A DNA stretch of 53,718 nt from Dicyema japonicum (taxonomy: Eukaryota; Animalia; Dicyemida): positions 101,473 to 155,190 of the forward strand of contig RDEW01000074.1 in NCBI GenBank assembly GCA_011109175.1, in the 5' to 3' direction. Below the pieces are notes generated by a model that was not told the DNA's origin, did not search any database, and saw only the letters and a list, made by a program, of their open reading frames with translations. This document shows positions 12,800 to 23,233 of the stretch, in pieces (position 1 is the first letter of the stretch; every line of letters starts with the position of its first letter). The translations under genes were made by a program, and so were the position numbers.

Positions 12800-13200
12800 A
12801 ACCCCACCAAAAATCAACATGTTGACACGAGAAAGTCAGAATCTCTTAGAAAAGTCATCTTCCAACTCATCCTTATTCCTTCTCTTCACATCTGAGTCAA
12901 TATCCTCTTCTGTTACTGCATCCAATTGGATGTCCTCGAGGTACCACGTGCCAATCTTATCAGACGTTTTAACTCCATTTCTGCATATAATTCGATACTC
13001 CTTGAAGTTTTTCAACACGACTGATTGGATGTAATCCCTTACTGCTTATTATTGACGTCCGTAATCTTTTGTAGGGATAATCGTAAAAATGCTGCCTCAG
13101 ATGTACCGGGAATCTGAGCCAATCGTCATCAATGTAGCGCAACTAGCAGTCTCCATGTCTTTGCAGTCGACAGAGGTTCAGTTAAGATAACAAACTATAT
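12800..13200 (-). mobile_element. R4/Dong-like RLE retrotransposon 3' fragment
   Basis: YIQSVVLK motif shared with 28864-29430 and 14990-15330. Confidence 0.55.
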
Positions 13201-13254
13201 TTCCAACCAACACTTAATAGACCACGATTCATTAAGATTAAAATTAAATTTATT

Positions 13255-13600
13255 AACCCCTGTTACACCGAGAAAGATGTTAAATTAAACAACTGATTAA
13301 GTGTATCCAGTTTCCACTTCTACAGAAAAACTGTCCATTCGGAATCAGCATAAAAGGAAAAAGACGTCCATCCTTGCAGTTTTGGAAACGCCTACAATGA
13401 GTGGGGCAGAGAAAATGATCCTTTTTCGTGCCGGCCAGGCACTGGGCGCCACCTGGACAGGTGGTGGATCACACGATGCCACTTTAATTGAAAGAGATGA
13501 GAAAGACAAACAAACATAAAATTTAATCCAATGAGCCACGCAGCATCACATGGAGCAACGCGGCGTGAATCATATGAAGATTCTACATAAATAAGCCACA
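13255..13600 (-). mobile_element. Jockey/I-like LINE 3' end
   Basis: Homologous to 2785-2975; same ORF terminus and 3' UTR. Confidence 0.55.
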
Positions 13601-14183
13601 AAATACCACATCACTAATTCATAATCTGAACAATTTTAAACATTAATAATGCAAAATTAATAATATGAAAATAATTAATTTCTTAATAATTTGGTACGTT
13701 TCCTCAAATCCTCAATATTCTGGACAAACTCATCTTTAGTGATGATCTCAACAACCTCACTACTCCTCATTTACTATATTATTTTTTTTAAATATTTCAA
13801 TGCAAACAAAAAAAGTGAACAAATTGTAATACAGCGGTCTTGGAACAAAAAAACCTATTTGTTGGACCGCGTACTTTGCTCGTTTTAACCTATCGGCTTC
13901 CTCTGTAGTCGAACAGGGTTCAAAGTCACCCTTGAGTAAGTTGAAGGGGCAAACGTGTGGGCTCAGGTGACGTACCAGATAAGATGTTTCCCTGCTTCAA
14001 AGGGGAAGATCGTCATCCTATCTGATTGTTTCCCGTCACGTCTGCAAAAACCCTCAATTACACGTTTTTTGTAACCAACAGCTTTCTTATCCCCATATTA
14101 GAACATTTCCAAGATCAAATGAATGAGGCATACACAGTCACGGTGATTGGGCTCTACTATTGATAAAAATATCTCTAAAGCCA

Positions 14184-14835
14184 CTAAAAGTCTTGAAGAT
14201 TTTTTCTGATTGTCCGAGGATCGGAGAAGTACACAGTCGAGCTTTCAGGAACCGAGGAGAGTCGTTCCAAGGCAAACTCAAGGTCTCTCCGGTAGACGAA
14301 GCCTGCTAACACAAGACAGTACCGAGAGTCGACCACAAGGAACCTATTATAGTTAGCATCATCCAACAGATTATCTTAATATCACTAGCCAAGTAATCTC
14401 CAGAGTGGTCATATCGTTCTGCTAAATCACAGTCAGATCCCCTGCGTCGTCCTTCAAAGAGTGCAATAAGTCTTTAGCAGTACCACTCTCAGCAATCTCC
14501 TTCCTGTCAATAAAGAGGAATCTGTTTATGTCGAGTTGGGATAAACATTCCAGCAAGAAGGAAGACCGAATGTGACGGTAGTGAATATCAGTTTAAGTAT
14601 CATGAACAACTGCCACATTGACTTGTATATTTCTGGTCCCAGCTGGGGGTTGTCCTGTTTCCCATTCAGATTGCTCAGATCTCACTTGTAGTCACAGAGG
14701 GGCGAATCATACCCAATATCACATTTGATGAACAACTGCTTCATTTGTGTCCTATCTTGGAAGACGAATGATATGAACAGAGGACTGTCATCATGGTAAC
14801 TACGGTAACCTGCCATCACCTCAAGTATTTCCTGT
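14184..14835 (-). pseudogene. CLC-3/4/5-type chloride/proton exchanger pseudogene with internal deletion
   Basis: Fragments QLFIKC..LCDYK*DL, IYKSMWQLFMILKLIFTTVTFGL, GMFIPT, then directly CBS1 GDLTVI*QNDMT..LDDANYNRFLVVDSRYCLVLAGFVYRRDLEFALE. In-frame stops and frameshifts; the C-terminal membrane helices between these blocks are missing. Confidence 0.8.
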
Positions 14836-14989
14836 GTCTATGAGGAAAACGAAGATTAATAAAACCAAAGAGCTTGTCATCAGAAAATTGCAGAGCTAAT
14901 CAGTGTTATCTCTTCATCGATGCCTGCTAAACGAGGTTCCTCAAGGCTCGGTCCTCATTCAGACAAACCAGAACACACTTTTCTTACAC

Positions 14990-15330
14990 CCACGATATTA
15001 TAATTTCCTCATTCCATCGTGATGCAACCGTCGCTTCCGTGCTCTATGGGTAAACTATCTGTTAAAGGAGCAACGAGAACTTCCACCAGTCAGTTGTATT
15101 GAAAAGGACTCTCGAAAAGCGCGAGAGATGAAGGTTTCTGATGAGTACACCTCTGCTATTTCTCAACTTGTGGAACTGACATTCCGTGAGGACATCTCAT
15201 TGGACTCTAACAGAGGTATTTCGAATGACTTTGATGTGGAGATGGGGAATAACAGAAAGTTAGTAGGCACACTCTTCTTCTAAGAAAATGAGAGGGATTA
15301 CCAGTAATTTGGATTAAAATCCGCTAAATT
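14990..15330 (+). mobile_element. R4/Dong-like 3' fragment
   Basis: CAGTCAGTTGTATTGAAAAGGACTCTCGAAAG.. is highly similar to the reverse complement of 28864-29130. Confidence 0.75.
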
Positions 15331-15375
15331 AGATATTTACTCGTTTTTCTTTGTTGATTATTAATTATATTTTTG

Positions 15376-15520
15376 ATAAACGGGCAAAGTACGCGGTCCT
15401 AGCCAAGGATTGTTTGTTCCACTCGCTGTTGAGACGTCTGATTCCCTTTCGCCTGTGACGCTGGATTATTAAGTCGTCTAGGGAATCCGATTTCTACACG
15501 AATAGGAGATCCACATGAGT
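15376..15520 (+). mobile_element. CRE RLE fragment (related sliver at 13835-13890, minus strand)
   Basis: KYAVLAKD../FVPLAVETSDSLSPVTLD matches FVPLAMETSGSYSPSTLE of ORF 8097-10418. Confidence 0.65.
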
Positions 15521-15990
15521 GTAGGGAGTAATAAAAATTGGTATTCAGAATTCCATTATTGTAGAACACAATAAGCCGGAAATTGTGATGTTTTAGAAGA
15601 GATTTTGATTGTGGAGGTTGGAATTACACCGATAGATCGTTTTCAGACGTGGAGGTCGATAAGAAGTATAAGTATGAGCTTTGGAAAACGAATTAGACAT
15701 AATGCATAGGTGCAAGGTCCTTGTCTCACCATGTGTAATGAATTGCCTGCCAAATACCTCAGGGAAATTTAAGACAGTTAAGAGTTAATAGGTATTTGCA
15801 CGTTTATATGCAAGTTACTGTGTTAACAAAGACTTTAAAAAGTGTATCTCTCGAATACATGAGGTCATGCCCATTTATGCCATTAGAGCATAGAATGGCA
15901 ATAGAAATCTCATACACAGATGTATTTGACCAGTCTGAGATACTTGGGGAGACGAAAGCAAAGAATGCCCCTCGTCAACTTGATTTTTAG
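15520..15990 (+). mobile_element. R4/Dong-like RLE domain remnant
   Basis: EHNKPEIV..ILIVEVGITPIDR..KKYKYEL..NEL..CKV..YMQVTVLTKTLKSV, with frameshifts. Confidence 0.75.
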
Positions 15991-16162
15991 AATATGTGAG
16001 CCACCAAAATTTCTTATAAAAAATTAGCATTGATTGAATTTTATTTTCATAACAATAAACTCAAAAGTACTCAACTTTCATTCTTATTTGTTAGACCTTC
16101 TCAGAGAAGGTCGAATGTGGGTCAGCCGTAGTTTGGTGACTGTGGTAATCAAGTAGATTTAT

Positions 16163-16481
16163 TAATAATAATAACAGCCATTTTCTCGGAGCCGTGGTAT
16201 TAGCTCCGCATAGGCAGAGCACACACTTTATTTAAGTAAAGAACAGTTAATTTTAACTAATCGTAGAACCAAGGAATGATCTTCACTTCTATTTTCTTTT
16301 TCTTGTGTGTGGGTCCTTTTTTGACTATCCAGTTCCGCAGTGACAGTCCACTGATGACGGAGTCACTCGTCAAGCCTTTTTAGGATGTAGATGCGTGGAA
16401 CCTTCCACCAGGTGAACAGCAGCGAGAATCGACCCAGTAACCTAAATCACTTTAGCCCGACACCTAACCACTATGCCACCC
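16163..16481 (-). mobile_element. tRNA-derived SINE, apparently full length (about 320 bp), with RTE-type 3' tail and (TTA)n
   Basis: 5' GGGTGGCATAGTGGTTAGG (Pol III A-box) and GGGTCGATTCTC (B-box-like). The body is homologous to 30257-30513. The 3' motif CCTATGCGGAGCTA..GGCTCC is shared with the RTE 3' end, followed by TTATTATTATTA. Confidence 0.75.
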
Positions 16482-17466
16482 AAATTTTTTCTTATTGTTC
16501 AAAAAAAAATTTATGATAATAAAACTTTGTAGAAAATCAATATAATTTAACTTTTTCAAAATTTATCATGTTTTTTGTTTTTTATTTATTTATTTACTAA
16601 CGGTGCTTTCATATGAAAGAATCCAGTGGGAATGTAACAGCTTAAAGTGGACACTCCAAGAAGTTATTTCACTGAATTCTCTGTCGACAAGAGTCAGAGT
16701 CCTCATATTTGTTAAAGTCAGGTCAGCCTGCTATTGATAGGTCCTTATGATTTCTAAAATATTTGGTATGTCGAGTCGCACTGTTGACAGAATCAGACTA
16801 AAGACAATTTGCTAGGGAGTGATTATCTTATGGCTTGCGGCGTTTTTATGACTTCTATTTAGCTATTCCTTTGTATATTATCAGATGATTTAACTCCTCG
16901 TGGTCATCTGCCGGAAAGGTCACTTTATAATACATTTTAAGAAATGTTGTATCACGTGTCTCTGGATTTGCGTAATCAGCAAATCCACCATTGAACATCA
17001 CACGCATCTAGGTTAGAGTGAAAGCGCAGAGTTTCCGATCGTTTCACTACCCGATCAACTTGTATTTAATATTACTTTTTGTTACCCACCACGTGTAATT
17101 TATAGACACTGAACTCGTAAAATCAATGAAATCCCATGTAGGAGAGGATGTCTTATTTTTATTGAGAACCCCAAGATCACCAAGAAAGATGTTAAAAAAC
17201 AAGTGATCTAGCGTCCATAAATTTCCAGACTCTTCTTGGGTGGCTTTCCAATGTCCCGACTGTAGAACGATAGAGCCTCTGAATGCCTACAAAGGAAGTC
17301 TTTAGGACCGATTGAAAGACTTCACAGCATTCGAATCCCTAATGGGTTTCTTGGTTCTTTAAAAATTCCTCGTGGATTCTCTGAAGGGAGGGGGAGGGTT
17401 GTAATAGTATGAAAAACAACCCTTAGCTCACCGTCTGATTGAATTTGTCGAATTTGGATGGGAATA

Positions 17467-17965
17467 CTACAAACCTGCATGTGGGGTTGAAACGATGACC
17501 TGGTTATATACTCTGGAAATGCATCCGACAGGAGGGAAAAGGGTTTTCTTTATAATTACCTTCAGCACATTCAACTTCTGGAGTCCCATGGTCAAGACAG
17601 TTTTAGCGTGTTGAGAGGTCATTGATGAGTCATAAGTAACCCGGTGAATCTTAAGTTTACTTGATATCAGAATAGGGGTGCCCCAATTGTAAACTTTAGT
17701 CTCACACTTCCTGTAAATATTGTGAATTGTCATTTTGCCGCAGACACCGTAAGAGAATTATTACAGAACCAGCCATGATAGGATAGCGGGAGCCGCGAGG
17801 TAGTGCCCTGTTCGGCAAGAGACAAGATATTGAATTGAGATTGCCATAGCATAGTCTCCCACGTCGACCAGAAAAGAAGTCACTCAGCCACATATCTATA
17901 TTTTGATAAATACAGGACTTTAAAATCTTATTTGTTAGCAGTGGGCTCGAAATAGAGTCGAATGC
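17467..17965 (-). mobile_element. Jockey/I-like RT fragment, decayed
   Basis: DIHKAFDSI..WLSDFFSGRRGR..LPRGS, followed by downstream thumb-region residues. Confidence 0.8.
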
Positions 17966-17989
17966 TTTGTGTATGTCCACAAAGAGTAA

Positions 17990-18720
17990 GGCTGTGTTAT
18001 AAATCCAAGATGTGCTACAGTCTATTATTCAACATATTTATGGAAGACTTTCCTTCTCCACAAGACGTTAGGACCAAGCTGATGATATATGCGGATGACA
18101 TCTTAATCCTAGACTCATCTTTGAAGGCCTACATCTCTGAGCGACGAATCGGGGCTTTTGTCGACAAAGTCCAGGTTTGGTGCGATAGGAGAGGGATGAA
18201 ACTATCCACAGAAAAATCCAGTTACTTGCGAATATGCAGGCTGGGTCGGCACCAGAAAGAGTCCTATACGCTACGGATACCTAGAGTCTCTAGCCTGAAA
18301 TACCTGGGATTACAGTGGATGGAAGAGGATCGTATCGGAAGGACATCGAGGAGCGGAGGAAGAAGGCCGTTCAAGCGATGTTCTGCACCAGAAAACTAAT
18401 GTTGGATGTCGATACAATGCTCTTTATCTTCCGAATTGTGATTCTTCCAAGACTGATTTACGGATGCGAGGGATGGTTTTATACTCCTTCGAGAGAAAGG
18501 TTTCTCGCTCGCCTTGAGAAAACAAGGCGAGCGGCGATAAAAATATCTCTGGGAGGAAATTACATGAAAGCCTAACTGAGGAAGAGAATAGCCTTGTCAG
18601 GCCTGTAAAGATAGATATCCAAGTCAGGTTGGGTAACCAACTATACAAGACATACTAAGGGGACAACTAAAATGGAGATGGGATACGTGTGAAGTGTCCA
18701 GGCCGCAAAGGCGGACACGA
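17990..18720 (+). mobile_element. LINE RT fragment of the same family as 44570-47000
   Basis: LLFNIFMEDFPSPQDVRTKLMIYADDILILD..LKYLG..ILPRLIYGCEGW; near-identical peptide at 44892-45095(-). Confidence 0.88.
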
Positions 18721-19848
18721 TTAAAAATCTCTTAAACTAACTCCTTAATTACTTGTTGAATAGATTGGTTTCATTTGGTTTCATTTTATTTTCATTTTAT
18801 TTTCATTTCATTCATTTTCACAATCTGAACCCATGCTGTAATGAAAGTGACTTAAAATCCGGAAAAATTATTTTTAGAACAAGTTTTTTCAAACACTTTG
18901 GGCATTTTGATGTGAGACCGGTGGTATGAGGCAGGGTCTTTTGACTTTCTCGCATTCAGAATTGTCATCAAAAATTCTTTCAGATTTTTGGCGTTAATAG
19001 AATAATCATACAAGTCTGTTAATGCAGCCTTAGTCCAATATGCTTAAGTTGGATCTGATACCTCGTCGAGGTCACATTCATGGGTTGCGCGTAATGAAGC
19101 AATAGAATCACCTACCTCAGCCGAGTTGAAAGTAGTTTTGTATTGCAGTACTCCATCCGTATGGAGAGATCGTAGTTCTTGTGACTTATGACGACGGAAT
19201 GTCTTGACTTCTGTGATCAACAAAAACGCACTTGACCTATTTTGCACAAATTATCTCTGAAGGCTATAACGAACCTGGGCGGCATTTCCAGACATTATTT
19301 GTCATCTGGACATCAATCAAGAAAAATAGAAACAGATCCGTGGATATGGAAAAATCAGAACTCTGATCATGCCTAAACAACCTGGGTAAACAATGAGGCA
19401 ACGAGCTATAAAGCTACAAGCGTGATTGGGGGACTTCTAAGGTTTTCTAATTAATCCCAGTTCAGCCTCGTCTTATAAAAGCGAATATTACCCAACTTAA
19501 ACTACGGTTATAAAAGGGTTCCAAATACTCCAGGATAACGACAGGAGATTTCTTGAAGAAGGCCTTGGGTATTCTGTCATCCCGGCGACATTTTCAATGT
19601 TCTTCAACTGTGCATAAATTCTTGGGTGATAAACCCGAAAATTAGACAATTCGCTACCAAACAGGCACTTCGATAAGTTCCCTCAACGCAGTATCGAGAT
19701 TAACATGGAAAATCATTGATAAGCTTAATTTCTTACGTCACTTGGAAAACAAAAATGACCCAAATAAAAATTGCAAAATCTTAAAAAACATATATGTGCA
19801 CAAAATGAAATCTAATAGATTAGAATTTTAAAAATAAAATAATTATTG

Positions 19849-21675
19849 TTATAAATTAGTACTAGATTGCTGAGGGACTGGAGTTTTTCTGCATTTTTTG
19901 TAAATTAATTCAAAGATGAAGTAGATCACCGTCCCCACCACTGAACAAGCGAGGGTGATGCTGTTATAGTAGAAAGTATTAATATTGGCAAATCTACCGG
20001 TTAAACAAATTATCTAAACATTCCTTTGTCGAGAAGCGTGCTGGCGTCAATAATGATCCACAAGGCAGTAATCGAGCCTACCACAAGTCCAAACAGAGTA
20101 TTCTAAATATGCCAATATGTGGAATACATATTCAGAAATAGGCTTCAAATAAATCACCGAGAAAAGCAGAATAATATCGGAGACCCTAGGGATCCAAGAA
20201 TTATGAAGACAACCTTAAAGAATTAGCAAAAGTTACATTCATGGCTTGTTTGGTCATCAAAATGGGGGTCAGTGATAATTCCATCACAATCAGACCTAAT
20301 GTGAAGCCTAGCATTATAACTCAAGCATACAGATTATTCTCAAAACATGAAAAGACATGTTCTCATACTTTTCCTGTTTATATACCTTCTTGAGATAATA
20401 AGGAAGGGTTTGTAGACGACAGTAGTCACGGCATTCAAGCCAGAGGAAAGGGTACTATCGGTAAAGGCTCATTTCCTACCTTATTGCCGCGGAAAACATT
20501 GTCCCGACGAACATCCCACCGAGTCCTGTATATTCAGAGAGAGAATCTGTCACGAGGTGAAACAGTATCTACATTGAATTCCACGTGATTACATCATTAC
20601 TTTTGTAATTATTTTCCTCAAGCATTTTTTCAGTCAGAACATCTTTAGCGACAATCCCAATCAATGCGCAGAGAACGAAAAATATGCAGTTTCCAATGAA
20701 ATGCAAGTATAATGCCCTAAATTGAGTTGGAGGAAAACAATCTGGCTTTTTTCTGAGTCCCCAAACTCAGATATCGCTGAATCATAGTCTGATTAGTCCC
20801 ATATATGCCCCCAGTGAGAAGAGTCGAGAACAGCAAAGTCTTGAAAATGCTAATTTTTACTTCAGCCAATCTCACTTGACTACATTTGTCTCCGTTTTCC
20901 TAGCCGCCTCATTGAGGATAGTAATGATTGGAGTCTTTGCTTTGCTCATCGTAAAGCCCATGATGAGGAGGACACCAACCGTTATAAAGCACATTTGAAT
21001 CACGTCCGTCCAGATAACCCCACTGATTCCACCCTAGCATAAGAAAAGACATAATCTACAATAGTGGTGTATATTATGCATATGACGGTTATTATGAGGA
21101 TAGAAGCCCACAGAGGCCATCCACTCACTATTATTATTATAACAAGCAAACATAGGTGGAGGAAATTAGCCGGGACAAACATGACTACTGATAGGTAGGC
21201 GACCTAGGAATAAGTTAGCTGTCAGACTGTTTGAAAGGTATAAATGGCACAACACAGATTCTCTATTCTCGGAGATTTGAATCGATTGGTGAATATCTAG
21301 AATATAGAAATTGTGAACCTGGAACCCATTGAGTAGCTCAGTTTTAAACAAGTGGGGGATAATCAGTTGGCCAGCGATTATAGCTCCGGGGAAATATCCA
21401 ACAGCCATCCAAAAAAATGAAAAGTGTCTTTCATACGTATGGAAGGCAACTCCAGTGATGAAAATTGCAGATTGGAAATTCGCGATGAGGGATAAAGTGC
21501 AAGGAATCACTTTCAGAGTCCTGTCCCCGACAATATACCTCTCAAATTGTCTCTAAAAATTCATTCCATCAAATACCGGGGCGTTTTTTTTAAGTATCCA
21601 TATTATTATAGCCATTATTAAGGAGCAAGATGGTATAATACAGAATATTACAACATCCACAGTCCCGAATTCCAT
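19849..21675 (-). CDS. Sodium:solute symporter (SLC5A5/6/8/12-like, SMCT/SMVT/NIS group); 14 exons, 13 introns of 22-26 nt; 1-2 apparent 1-nt frameshifts in the 3' half
   Basis: ATG at 21675 (MEFGTVDVVIF), TAA at 19849. Spliced product includes YIVGDRTLKVIPCTLSLIANFQS, YTTI|GGISGVIWTDVIQ, IYGTNQTMIQRYLS, GLGGMFVGTMFSAAIS|TLSSGLNA. GT-AG introns at 21553-21576, 21297-21318, 21204-21227, 21128-21151, 21034-21059, 20850-20875, 20717-20738, 20569-20592, 20455-20479, 20308-20330, 20214-20236, 20103-20127 and 19994-20019. Confidence 0.9.
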
Positions 21676-22654
21676 GCTTCCGTTAAGTCAAAACAACATG
21701 ATTTATATACAAAAACATGCGCCAAATATTTGACCTAATTATCTTCATTTTCTTTAATGATAATAATTTATGACTAAAATTAAATTTATATTATGTTAAC
21801 CACCATATGTCGATAAATAAGTCACCGGTGAGTTTTTACGGCTACAGACAAGTCTCTTGAATCACGTGGATACCATGACGCATCTTGAAGAACCCATAGA
21901 AGAAGTCTATGACAAGACAAGTCACCGTAAAGGAAGTGAGCTACTTCTTTATTAACCCCAAATTTACAGTCTTTCGTAAGCCCGGCACAAACAGTCATAA
22001 CTAATTAATCCAAGAAAGGAACCTACGGAAGAACTGCTTGTGCCGCCCAAATCCATCCTCCACCCCAATCGTCCCTTACAGGCTTTCGAATAGGTATGGA
22101 GGAGTAGGTCGCCATCTTACATTTTTATCACACGGCATACTGTCGTGCGCATCACTTCATTCTTAGGTAGAAAAGTTTTCATAATGGTAATCTTAACCAG
22201 TGGAGTTGGTCAGATAGAAGGTAGGAAGATCCCCATACAAGAATTACACATCTCCTTATGGATGGGATCTGTTTGACGAGAATTGACCTTCGCTAAAAAC
22301 TCCATTTTCGAATCCGAACCCAAGACAGTTAGATCCAATGTCATCATACCCACAGCAAATCTCAACATGGGAGCCCACTAAGCTCTACAGTTTATATAAA
22401 TTAATTTAATTAATAATAATTTAAAATGTTTTTTTTGTCATACACATAGCTTACTTAAATACAATGCACAAGTGTAACTACTCAATTCTACGATCAAATG
22501 AAATCTATCATTACGACCCACTCATGACATTCAGTAAACGTATTAACAACATCACATCCTTGTCCCATTCATATTCTTGTCATTGTTTAGTTCAACGCCA
22601 CGTGGTGCTATGAGGCTAGTTGGTCAAAAATTTATTTTCATTCCTTTCGATGAC

Positions 22655-23230
22655 ATCATGGATTCACCTTACTGAGGAGACGCCTAATACCTGGCTGGCA
22701 TCAAAAGGATCCGACTATTCTTTTCCCGGGGGAAATTTATTTACCTTGAGACAAGTTCTGGAACGCTGGAACGAGTCAAAGTCAAGAGTTAGTTTGGCTA
22801 CCCTTGGTTTTTGGAATAATTTTAATTCATTATCCTCATCCCAACGCAAACAACTTTTTAAAAGCACTCCTTGGACACTATAAAGGCTACTTCAACTCAA
22901 CGTTAAGCACACATTATAATACATACAATCGAAAATCAGCTACGGATGTGCTGCATGGAGGACTAGCCTGATCAACTTAAAAAAGCCTTCATAAAGTCTT
23001 TTTAGAGTATTGGAGAACCTATACGTCGACCTTAAGTCTTCGACGTTTAAAGTATGCTGGCAACTCACCTCTATCGGAGGTGTGTACACGTATATGCAAG
23101 ACCGCAATATTTTTGGGGACGATCAACAAATGCATGTCCCCATTCTAAGTCAAGGAGTAGTGATCATTTAGCCATTCGATGAGGATCCATGCTCTGCCAC
23201 GACTATGTGTGGGAGTATAACAAAGTTGTA
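22655..23230 (+). mobile_element. LINE fragments (3' end plus thumb-region YIQSKISYGCAAW), bounded on the right by the hAT insertion
   Basis: Similarity to 5390-5570; YIQSKISYGCAAW motif. Confidence 0.55.
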
Positions 23231-23233
23231 AGG

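Noticed and set aside
13832-15430. Apparent inverted repeats at 13832-13890 and 15376-15430 as TIRs around the CLC pseudogene
   Set aside because: Both translate as CRE RLE fragments (KYA..FVPL), so they are independent retroelement slivers rather than TIRs.
16351-16375. Possible hammerhead ribozyme (CTGATGA plus hairpin)
   Set aside because: No GAAA after stem II and no supporting stems I and III; it is the antisense of the SINE body hairpin.
16395-16481. Standalone tRNA gene
   Set aside because: The cloverleaf is poor and the sequence continues into a repeated body and LINE-type tail, so it is a SINE head.
18850-19780. Possible gene or transposase downstream of SLC5 (SLHTDG motif)
   Set aside because: A single short motif with frequent stops; no consistent domain.
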